A stretch of DNA of 63,671 nt, filler included, from Guillardia theta CCMP2712 (taxonomy: Eukaryota > Protista > Cryptophyta), in assembly GCF_000315625.1 (NCBI RefSeq). It is 8 parts of 8 records of this genome, joined end to end, with 100 filler letters (N's around TTAATTAATTAA, not from the genome) between each part and the next. Parts side by side here need not be neighbours in the genome. Positions count along the whole stretch, not along the records: positions 33,865 to 44,808 come from NW_005434386.1; positions 44,909 to 53,249 come from NW_005434296.1; 6 more parts are not named here. One strand, given 5' to 3'. Made by a program: the position numbers and the translations under genes. A model generated the notes under the pieces. The model was not told the origin of the DNA. It did not search any database and was given only the letters and a program-made list of their open reading frames with translations. Every line of letters begins with the position of its first letter. Position 1 is the first letter of the stretch. This document shows positions 34,655-45,372 of this stretch, piece by piece.

Positions 34655-35143
34655 ACGCGGGTGCTGCGGCTGCGGCTGCTGCTGCTGCAGTTGCTGTTGG
34701 TGGCGGTGGTGTTGCGGCTGCGGCTGCGGCTGCGGCTGCGGCTGCGGCGGCTGCGGATGTGGCTGCCGCCGCCGTTGCAAGATAGGATTTACTGGCAGCA
34801 GATAAAAAGTGCCTCAAGCAAAACAAAGCAGGAACAAGCTGAACCGGCAGGTACACAGTCCACAGCGAGAAGCTGCACAATCACACACAAAACACAAGCC
34901 CGAAAACAACCAGCACTGCTGGCACCCAGACGCGGCAGCGCCAGCCCAAGCGCGAAGCCGCGCAGACAAGCAGCCTAAGGGTCAAGCAATCATTGCTGTT
35001 TCTGCCGTTGCCGCCGCCCTCGCGAGGGCTGCTGGGGCGGTTGCAGCTGCTCCGACTCCTGCAGCTGCTGCTGTGGGAGGGACGAGGGCTGCAGGTGCCG
35101 AGGTGACCGCCGAAGTTGCTGCTGCTGCTGCTGCCGCTGCTGC

Positions 35144-35176
<33 letters not shown>

Positions 35177-35640
35177 CCTTGGGGCGGTGAAGGCTGCCGC
35201 GCCCCCTTTGCTTGCTTCTTCCCATGGGTTTCTGCAGCAGGCAGATTGAAAAGAGCTTTCCATTCACCCTTCAAGAAACGTCGGCACTGGCGCTTGATAA
35301 GCGCGTCCTTGGTAGGACCATTGGCAGAGTTGGGTACGGGAAGCAGTAAGGCGGGAAGGTGCTCAAAGAGCAGAACAAGGGTCTGATAGCTGGACGAGGA
35401 AGGATCATATCGATCGATGAATTGCAGCAAAGACACAAGACAAGTCAGCCAAAGCTCTGCAGTCTCACCAAAGAGGTGAGACGCAGTGACATGAGGACGA
35501 AAGCGCTCATGAATATAGAGGAAGACTCGGAGGTTGGACATCAACCACTGCAAGCCCTTCGGCCAATCTGAGGTCGCCATAGGTGGAACCGGGGGCACAT
35601 CCGTAGCAGAATCAGGGTCGGCATCAGCAAGGTCAGGTTG
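33865..35640 (-). mobile_element. CRE-clade non-LTR retrotransposon, N-terminal region and start of RT (runs into gap), interrupted by poly-Q and by a self-insertion
   Basis: FEHLPALLL...IKRQCRRFLKGEWKAL; AGDLHRAVRTL; GTDDQGWR; GRFIPLSKG...GLRPIVIGSAHRRLATK. These are CRE-type RT domains 0-2. Confidence 0.85.
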
Positions 35641-36519
35641 AAGCAAAAACAAAGCAGGAACAAGCTGAACCGGCAGGTACACAGTCTCAGCGGATCTCGA
35701 GGATTTACTGGCATAAGGTAAAAAGTGCCAGCGGTGTATAGGATTTACTGGCAGAAGATAAAAAGTGCCTCAAGCGGTAGCCGAGTCAGCGGTAGCCGCC
35801 CGTGACGGCGGCGACGCCGCAGCAAGGCGAGCTCGGACCAGCAGCAAGCACCCCAGTGGTGTCGAGCTCTCCGGAGGCACCCGACGTCACAGGACAGTAG
35901 GATTTACTGGCAGAAGGTAAAAAGTGCCTGAAGCAAAACAAAGCAGGAACAAGCTGAACCGACAGTGAGGGACGGAGACGCCTCGCCAGCTCCGCGCCGA
36001 TCGTCGGCGCCACTCGACGTGTTTCCCCCATCATGATCGGAGTCGGAGACCTCCGGCGAAGACTCCCCCTCGGCCGACTTGACAAAGTCCGAGGAGGAGC
36101 TGTCCTCTGGCTCGAGAAGTGCTTGCGCCCGCAAGGGCGTCATGCGCCTCGCACCAGACAAGAGCGCCTCCAGCGTCAGCTGCATAGTGAGGCGCTGATA
36201 CTACTGAGGTGGCGGCGCGTTTGCGAGCCAATACCTCAGCAGCAGGGCCGTCATCAGGCACGAAGTGCCGACCAAACGCCGCATCCTCAAGAGGCATCGA
36301 GCGCTGAGCAATGATGTCCGCCAGATACCAGATGAAGCGGAGGGTGTCAGGATGCAGGGTACCGTCCGTCGAGATGGCAAGAGGGATGAACGCTCAAGGA
36401 GGAGTATAGGATTTACTGGCAGAAGGTAAAAAGGTATAGGATAGAAAAAGTGCCTCAAGCAAAACAAAGCAGGAACAAGCTGAACCGGCAGGCACACAGT
36501 CCACAGCGAGAGCTCTCGA

Positions 36520-38240
36520 GGATTTACTGGCATAAGGTAAAAAGTGCCTCAAGCAAAACAAAGCAGGAACAAGCTGAACCGGCAGGCACACAGTCCACAG
36601 CGAGAAGCTGCACAATCACACACAAAACACAAGCCCGAAATGAACCAGCACTGCTGGCACCCAGACGCGGCACCGTCAGCCCAAGCGCGAAGCCGCGCAG
36701 ACAAGCAGCCGAAGGGTCAAGCAATCAAGCAACAAGCAGCAGGAGCATGCAGGAGGAATAAAATCCCCTAAACGCGATACCCGGAGGCAGCCGACTGACC
36801 ACTGTCAGTCGAGACGTCCGCTGCCGCCACAAAGCGGGCGGCCGCGGACGGAGAAAGGGCAGCCGCCGACAAGGAGCCGGAGCTGCCCGGGGGTCCGCCT
36901 GGGGCAGCGGACGGAGGGAGGCTGGACACATGAACACGGTACCGCTCGAGGTAGTCCTCCTCGCTAGCCTCCGAGTCAGCGGTAGCCGCCCGTGACGGCG
37001 GCGACGCCGCGGCAATGCCCAAGGACCGGCGTGACCCGACCGATGCCGGGGAGGAAGCAGGCGAGCTCGGACCAGCAGCAAGCACCCCAGTGGTGTCGAG
37101 CTCTCCGGAGGCACCCGACGTCACAGTGAGGGACGGAGACGCCTCGCCAGCTCCGCGCCGGCCCATAGTGAGGCGCTGATAGGTGGCGGCGCGTTTGCGA
37201 GCCAAGACCTCAGCAGCAGGGCCGTCATCAGGCACGAAGTGCCGACCAAACGCCGCATCCTCAAGAGGCATCGAGCGCTGAGCAATGATGTCCGCCAGAT
37301 ACCAGATGAAGCGGAGGGTGTCAGGATGCAGGGTACCGTCCGTCGAGATGGCAAGAGGGATGAACGCTCGAGGAGGAGTAGTCATGGCATATGCAGCGCG
37401 ATGTTTGCGAATCTTCTCAGACGCTGCAGCATGGAGGGATATAGGATTTACTGGCAGAAGGTAAAAAGGGCGTCGAGGTTGACCTCCCCCCACTTGGTCA
37501 GGTCGGCAGAGCTACCGATGTAAGGGTGGACCAACGTCACGTCCGCCATCAAGCCCTCGTACTGCTCGGACCCTCGATCGCGGATTCCAGGGATGTGGAT
37601 ATCGCCCTTCATCTTGCGGCCATGAGGATGGGAGGGTACCTGCCGTCGAGAACGAGGATCCCCCACTGTATCGATGACACTCTGAAGACCAGCTTCGTTC
37701 TGAGCATCGACCGAATCGTACGAGTATGGTTGTCATGCGCCGTGGGAAGCTTGGAGGATCGGCGTTTGCAGGTCTGGAGATGATGTGCAGCAACGGAGGG
37801 ATCGAGCTCGCGCTGACATCCATCACATTTCGTCGGACACTGGCAGATCGGCATGCCATGGAGATAGCAGTCGAGCATCTGAGCATAGCGGTGCGGGAAG
37901 GCCTTGAGGGGGTAGTAGCTCGAGACTCGCATCGGAGAGTGGCTCAGGTCTCGCTCAGGAAAATGAGCGAAGATGGAAGACCCTATCCTGCGACTTGAGC
38001 GAGTGTGTCCTGCGGCTGTGCAAGGTGAGGATATCACACTGCTGATCGGTCAGCGCAGCGCGAGCATGCACATGGCGGCGAGGACGGTATAGGATAGGGA
38101 AGACGCGCATGACACGAGGAGTCACATTCCCGTGCCAGGCGGGGAATGAAGTGTTCTGAGGCGAGCGGACGAGGGGGCGGCAAACCAGGGGAGTGGGTAC
38201 CAAAGATGCCGGGGGGCGTCCTGCGTCATCAGGCACCATA
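36520..38240 (-). mobile_element. Longest 3' fragment of the CRE-like element: CCHC finger, restriction-like endonuclease, low-complexity tail and ~250-nt 3' UTR
   Basis: CDGC..HHLQTC, HDN (RHD position), KGDI (PD position), ADVTLVHP, EKIRKH, FIPLAISTDG. Stop after GYRV at 36768; terminus ...CCAGTAAATCC at 36520. Confidence 0.85.
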
Positions 38241-41200
38241 TATACTGGCAGAAGGTAAAAAGTGCCTCAAGCAAAACAAGCAGGACACAAGCGGAACCGG
38301 CAGGCACACAGTCCAGGCACAGCAGCCGGGGCAGGTGGGATCGCCGCGCCATCTGCAGCCGGTGCAGGAGCCTTCACACGACGGTAGAGGATCGCTCCAG
38401 CATTATGAACGAAGTCGTGCGCCTCAACGAAGAAGGTCGCCAGAGGATGCTTCTGGGCACGGAGAGATCTCGAGCGTTCATCCCTCTTGCCATCTCGACG
38501 GACGGTACCCTGCATCCTGACACCCTCCGCTTCATCTGGTATTTGGCGGACATCATTGCTCAGCGCTCGATGCCTCTTGAGGATGCGGCGTTTGGTCGGC
38601 ACTTCGTGCCTGATGACGGCCCTGCTGCTGAGGTCTTGGCTCGCAAACGCGCCGCCACCTATCAGCGCCTCACCATGCAGCTGACGCTGGAGGCGCTCTT
38701 GTCTGGTGCGAGGCGCATGACGCCCTTGCGGGCGCAAGCACTTCTCGAGCCAGAGGACAGCTCCTCCTCGGACTTTGTCGAGTCGCCCGAGGGGGAGTCT
38801 TCGCCGGAGGTCTCCGACTCCGATGGGGGAAACCCTTCGAGTGGCCCCGACGATCGGCGCGGAGCTGGCGAAGCGTCTCCGTCCCTCACTGTGACGTCGG
38901 GTGCCTCCGGAGAGCTCGACACCACTGGGGTGCTTGCTGCTGGTCCGAGCTCGCCTGCTTCCTCCCCGGCATCGGTCGCCGGGTCACGCCGGTCCTTGGG
39001 CATTGCTGCGGCGTCGCCGCCGTCACGGGCGGCTACCACTGACTTGGCTACCGCTGACTCGGAGGCTAGCGAGGAGGACTACCTCGAGCGGTACCGTGTT
39101 CATGTGTCCAGCCTCCCTCCGTCCGCTGCCCCAGGCGGACCCCCGGGCAACGCCGGCTCCTTGTCGGCGGCTGCCCTTTCTCCGTCCGCGGCCGCCCGCT
39201 TGAGGCGGCAGCGGACGTCTCGACTGACAGTGGTCAGTCGGCTGCCTCCGGGTATCGCGTGTAAGGGATTTNNNNNNNNNNNNNNNNNNNNNNNNNNNNN
39301 NNNNNNNNNNNNNNNNNNNNNNNNNNNNNNNNNNNNNNNNNNNNNNNNNNNNNNNNNNNNNNNNNNNNNNNNNNNNNNNNNNNNNNNNNNNNNNNNNNNN
39401 NNNNNNNNNNNNNNNNNNNNNNNNNNNNNNNNNNNNNNNNNNNNNNNNNNNNNNNNNNNNNNNNNNNNNNNNNNNNNNNNNNNNNNNNNNNNNNNNNNNN
39501 NNNNNNNNNNNNNNNNNNNNNNNNNNNNNNNNNNNNNNNNNNNNNNNNNNNNNNNNNNNNNNNNNNNNNNNNNNNNNNNNNNNNNNNNNNNNNNNNNNNN
39601 NNNNNNNNNNNNNNNNNNNNNNNNNNNNNNNNNNNNNNNNNNNNNNNNNNNNNNNNNNNNNNNNNNNNNNNNNNNNNNNNNNNNNNNNNNNNNNNNNNNN
39701 NNNNNNNNNNNNNNNNNNNNNNNNNNNNNNNNNNNNNNNNNNNNNNNNNNNNNNNNNNNNNNNNNNNNNNNNNNNNNNNNNNNNNNNNNNNNNNNNNNNN
39801 NNNNNNNNNNNNNNNNNNNNNNNNNNNNNNNNNNNNNNNNNNNNNNNNNNNNNNNNNNNNNNNNNNNNNNNNNNNNNNNNNNNNNNNNNNNNNNNNNNNN
39901 NNNNNNNNNNNNNNNNNNNNNNNNNNNNNNNNNNNNNNNNNNNNNNNNNNNNNNNNNNNNNNNNNNNNNNNNNNNNNNNNNNNNNNNNNNNNNNNNNNNN
40001 NNNNNNNNNNNNNNNNNNNNNNNNNNNNNNNNNNNNNNNNNNNNNNNNNNNNNNNNNNNNNNNNNNNNTTGAGGCACTTTTTATCTTCTGCCAGTAAATC
40101 CTATATCCCTATATCGCTCGCTTCCTCGCTTGGTACTCTGACCAGCCCACGTCCCGGACCTTGCCCTCTCCTCATAGCCTGGACGTTCACTGCTGTATAT
40201 AGGATTTACTGGCAGCCGCGCAGACAAGCAGCCTAAGGGTCAAGCAATCAAGCAACAAGCAGCAGGAGCATGCAGAAGGAATAACATCCCTCAGACGCGA
40301 TACCCGGAGGCAGCCGACTGACCACTGTCAGTCGAGACGTCCGCTGCCGCCACAAAGCGGGCGGCCGCGGACGGAGAAAGGGCAGCCGCCGACAAGGAGC
40401 CGGAGCTGCCCGGGGGTCCGCCAGGGGCAGCGGACGGAACAAAGCAGGAACAAGCTGAGCCGGCAGGCACACAGTCCACAGCGAGAAGCTGCACAATCAC
40501 ACACAAAACACAAGCCCGAAAAGAACCAGCACTGCTGGCACCCAGACGCGGCAGCGCCAGCCCAAGGAGTAGTCATAGCATATGCAGCGCGATGTTTGCG
40601 AATCTTCTCAGACGCTGCAATATGGAGGGCGTCGGGGTTGACCTCCCCCCACTTGGTCAGGTCGGCAGAGCTACGCCGTCACGGGCGGCTACCGCTGACT
40701 CGGCTACCGCTGACTCGGAGGCTAGCGAGGAGGACTACCTCGAGCGGTACCGTGGTATAGGATTTACTGGCAGAAGGTAAAAAGTGCCTCAAGCAAAACA
40801 AAGCAGTCTCCTTCAAGGCCGATGAGGGAATATTAATTCCAGCGAGAAGCTGCACAATCACACACAAAACACAAGCCCGAAAAGAACCAGCACTGCTGGC
40901 ACCCAGACGCGGCATCGCCAGCCCAAGCGCGAAGCCGCGCAGACAAGCAGCCTAAGGGTCAAGCAATCAAGCAACAAGCAGCAGGAGCATGCAGGAGGAA
41001 TAACATCCCTTAGACGCGATACCCGGAGGCAGCCGACTGACCACTGTCAGTCGAGACGTCCGCTGCCGCCACAAAGCGGGCGGCCGCGGACGGAGAAAGG
41101 GCAGCCGCCGACAAGGAGCCGGAGCTGCCCGGGGGTCCGCCTGGAGCAGCGGACGGAGGGAGGCTGGACACAGGAACACTGCCACGGTACCGCTCGAGGT

Positions 41201-44200
41201 AGTCCTCCTCACTAGCCTCCGAGTCAGCGGTAGCCGAGTCAGCGGTAGCCGCCCGTGACGGCGGCGACGCCGCGGCAATGCCCAAGGACCGGCGTGACCC
41301 GACCGATGCCGGGGAGGAGCTCGAGGATTTACTGGCATAAGGTAAAAAGTGCCTCAAGCAAAACAAAGCAGGAACAAGCTGAACCGGCAGGCACACAGTC
41401 CACAGCGAGAAGAAGCAGGAGCTCGGACCAGCAGCAAGCACCCCAGTGGTGTCGAGCTCTCCGGAGGCACCCGACGTCACAGTGAGGGACGGAGACGCCT
41501 CGCCAGCTCCGCGCCGATCGTCGGGCCACTCGACGTGTTTCCCCCATCATGATCGGAGTCGGAGACCTCCGGCGAAGACTCCTCCTCGCGACTTGACAAA
41601 GTCCGCTCAGTCCACGTCATTAGCTCGAGAAGTGCTTGCGCCCGCAAGGGCGTCATGCGCCTCGCACCAGACAAGGGCGCCTCCAGCGTCAGCTGCATAG
41701 TGAGGCGCTGATAGGTGGCGGCGCGTTTGCGAGCCAAGACCTCAGCAGCAGGTCCGTCATCAGGCACGAAGTGCCGACCAAACGCCGCATCCTCAAGAGG
41801 CATCGAGCGCTGAGCAATGATGTCCGCCAGATACCAGATGAAGCGGAGGGTGTCAGGATGCAGGGTACCGTCCGTCGAGATGGCAAGAGGGATGAACGCT
41901 CAAGGAGGAGTAGTCATGGCATATGCAGCGCGATGTTTGCGAATCTTCTCAGACGCTGCAGCATGGAGGGCGTCGAGGTTGACCTCCCCCCACTTGGTCA
42001 GGTCGGCAGAGCTACCAATGTAAGGGTGGACCAACGTCACGTCCGCCATCAAGCCCTCGAAACAATTGGAGGACAATGCTGGTTCTTTTCGGGCTTGTGT
42101 TTTGTGTGTGATTGTGCAGCTTCTCGCTGAGCGCTGTGTGCCTGGAGGTTTAGCTTGTTCCTGCTTTATTTTGCTTGAGGCACTTTTTACCTTCTGCCAG
42201 TAAATCCTATGCAAACCAATGTAAGGGTGGACCAACGTCACGTCCGCCATCAAGCCCTCGTACTGCTCGGACCCTCGATCGCGGATTCCAGGGATGTGGA
42301 TATTCTCTCGTGGATATCGCCCTTCATCTTGCGGCCATGAGGATGGGAGGGTACCTGCCGTCGAGAACGAGGATCCCCGACTGTATCGATGACGCTCTGA
42401 AGACCAGCTTCGTTCAGCATCGACCGAATCGTACGAGTAAGGTTGTCATGCGCATAGGATTTACTGGCAGAAGGTAAAAAGTGCCTCAAGCAAAATAAAG
42501 CAGGATCAAGCTAAACCTCCAGGCACACAGTTCACAGCAAAAGAGTCGGTTTCTCTAGGCTTCTGACCGCCCAGATCTGCCGTAGCTTCTCAAGCTACAC
42601 CGACCGGGAATGCGCCGTGGGAAGCTTGGAGGATCGGCGTTTGCAGGTCTCAGAGTCTGGAGATGATGTGCAGCAACGGAGGGATCGAGCTCGCGCTGAC
42701 ATCCATGACATTCCGTCGGACACTGGCAGATCGGCATGCCATGGAGATAGCAGTCGAGCATCTGAGCATAGCGGTGCGGGAAGGCCTTGAGGGGGTAGTA
42801 GCTCGAGACTAAATGAGCGAAGATGGTAGACTGCAAGACCCTATCCTGCGATTTGAGCGAGTGTGTCCTGCGGCTGTGCAAGGTGATGATATCACGCTGC
42901 TGATCGGTCAGCGCAGCGCGAGCATGCACATGGCGAGGGAAGACGCGCATGACAAGAGGGGTCATATTTTCGCTGCGCAGGCGGTGGAATGAAGTGCTCN
43001 NNNNNNNNNNNNNNNNNNNNNNNNNNNNNNNNNNNNNNNNNNNNNNNNNNNNNNNNNNNNNNNNNNNNNNNNNNNNNNNNNNNNNNNNNNNNNNNNNNNT
43101 CGCCGCGCCATCTGCATCCGGTGCAGGAGCCCTCACACGACGGTAGAGGATCGCTCCAGCATTATGAACGAAGTCGTGCGCCTCAACGAAGAAGGTCGCC
43201 AGAGGATGCTTCTGGGCACGGAGAGATCTCGAGCAGTGAACGTCCAGTGTAGGGTGTGATCATGATTGAGCCGCGTTTGTTGCTGTGTTCCGTACACCGC
43301 TTTGTTGCTGTGTGCTCTCTGCCTCACGGTCTTGCTGACTGAGTTTTACTCGCATAAGGTAAAAAAGCTTGTTCCTGCTTTGTTCTGCTTGAGGCACTTT
43401 TTACCTTCTGCGAGTAAAACTCAATGTCCTGAAAAGTGCCTCACTGTCAAGCAGAAGAAGAGGGATGAACGCTCGAGGAGGCCCCCCCGGGAGTGAGAAG
43501 TTTTACTCGCAGAAGGTAAGAAGTGCCTCAAGCAAAAACAGCAGGAACAAGCTAAACCTGCATGCAATGTTGCAAACAGGGCAGGAGGAGTAGTCAAGAG
43601 GGATGAACGCGCGGCTCGAGGAGGCCCGAGTAGTCATGGCATATCCAGCCAGGTGCGAATCTTCTCCAACGCTGCAATATGGAGGGCGTCTGGAAGAGCT
43701 ACCAATATAGGGGTGGACCAACGTCACGTCCGCCATCAAGACCTCATCTCAGTCGTACTGCTCAGACCCACGATCGCATATCCCAGGGATTAGGATATCG
43801 GCCTTTTTTTTGTGCCCATGATTTGAGGATGGGAGCCTCGGATACCTGCCTTGCTTCGGGGGTATAGGCCCTCATTTACTGGCAGAAGGTAAAAAGTGCC
43901 TCAAGCAAACAAAGCAGGAACAAGCTAAACCTCCTGGCACACAGCGCACAGCGAGAAGCTGCACAATCACACACAAAACACAAGCCCGAAAAAGAACCAG
44001 CACTGCTGGCACCCAGACGCGGCATCGCCAGCCCAAGCGCGAAGCCGCGCAGACAAGCAGCCTAAGGGTCAAGCAATCAAGCAACAAGCAGCAGGAGCAT
44101 GCAGGAGGAAGAAAATCCCTTACACGCGATACCCGGAGGCAGCCGACTGACCACTGTCAGTCGAGACGTCCGCTGCCGCCACAAAGCGGGCGGCCGCGGA

Positions 44201-45123
44201 CGGAGAAAGGGCAGCCGCCGACAAGGAGCCGGCGTTGCCCGGGGGTCCGCCTGGGGCAGCGGACGGAGGGAGGCTGGACACAGGAACACGGTACCGCTCG
44301 AGGTAGTCCTCCTCGCTAGCCTCCGAGTCAGCATAGTGGATTTACTGGCAGTAGGTAAAAAGTGCCTCAAGCAAAATAAAGCAGGAACAAGCTAAACCTC
44401 CTGGCACACAGCGCACAGGCCTTGGCTCGCAAACGCGCCGCCACCTATCAGCGCCTCACTATGCAGCTGACGCTAGAGGCGCTCTTGTCTGGTGCGAGGC
44501 GCATGACGCCCTTGCGGGCGCAAGCACTTCTCGAGCCAGAGGACAGCTCCTCCTAGGACTTTGTCGAGTCGCCCGAGGGGGAGTCTTCGCCGGAGGTCTC
44601 CGACTCCGATCATGATGGGGGAAACACGTCGAGTGGCCCCGACGATCGGCGCGGAGCTGGCGAGGCGTCTCCGTCCCTCACTGTGACGTCGGGTGCCTCC
44701 GGAGAGCTCGACACCACTGGGGTGCTTGCTGCTGGTCCGAGCTCGCCTGCTTCCTCCCCGGCATCGGTCGGGTCACGCCGGTCCTTGGGCATTGCCGCGG
44801 CGTCGCCGNNNNNNNNNNNNNNNNNNNNNNNNNNNNNNNNNNNNNNNNNNNNTTAATTAATTAANNNNNNNNNNNNNNNNNNNNNNNNNNNNNNNNNNNN
44901 NNNNNNNNTCCTCCTCCTCCTTCACCTTCTGCCACCGTCGCCATCATCGCCAACCATCGCATGGCCCCCGATCTCACCCCGATTCTCGGGGGTGGGTAGT
45001 TGACAGAGAGAAAAGGGGGTAGTGGCTCCGAAAAGGAACAGTCGGGCAGGGCAGGACAGGGAGGAATCGTAGAGGGCGAGGAGAGGAAGAGAGGGGGGAG
45101 AGAAGGACCATGAAGACCATCAG

Positions 45124-45171
<48 letters not shown>

Positions 45172-45372
45172 AAGGACGAGGACAAGGACAAGGACGAGAG
45201 CATAAGAGATGATAGAAACCAAAAATTGCCATATGAGAAGAGAACACTTTCGAGAGTCGAGAAGAAATTTGCAAGTACAGTCGAACGCGTCTGCTCATTG
45301 TCTGAGAGCATGTGAACGCTTGCTAAGGGGGCAGTTGAGGAGGAGAGCACAAGTGACCTTGACAAGCAGAGG

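Larger units (their letters stand above)
33865..44808. mobile_element. Nested array of 5'-truncated copies of one CRE-like element in both orientations
   Basis: The terminus GGATTTACTGGCA(G/T)AAGGTAAAAAGTGCCTCAAGC, or its reverse complement, occurs at ~34785, 35701, 35741, 35900, 36409, 36520, 37444, 38243, 40091(rc), 40202, 40760, 41325, 42197(rc), 42457, 43341, 43411(rc), 43501, 43874 and 44338. The spacing DNA is element-derived. Confidence 0.9.

Noticed and set aside
38405-40072. 555-aa ORF as a gene
   Set aside because: Chimera across an inversion junction, extended by Ns.
42175-42210. U5 snRNA loop (GCCUUUUAC) similarity in GGCACTTTTTAC
   Set aside because: Imperfect match, with no U5 stem or Sm site.
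43250-43870. Separate diverged subfamily (GAGTTTTACTCGCA termini)
   Set aside because: The region has dense scattered mismatches typical of low-quality sequence; cannot be distinguished from error without reads.
33865-44808. CRISPR array (constant repeat with variable spacers)
   Set aside because: The repeat varies in length, is continuous with the retroelement 3' UTR and occurs in both orientations. Spacers are element-derived, there are no cas genes, and the DNA is eukaryotic.
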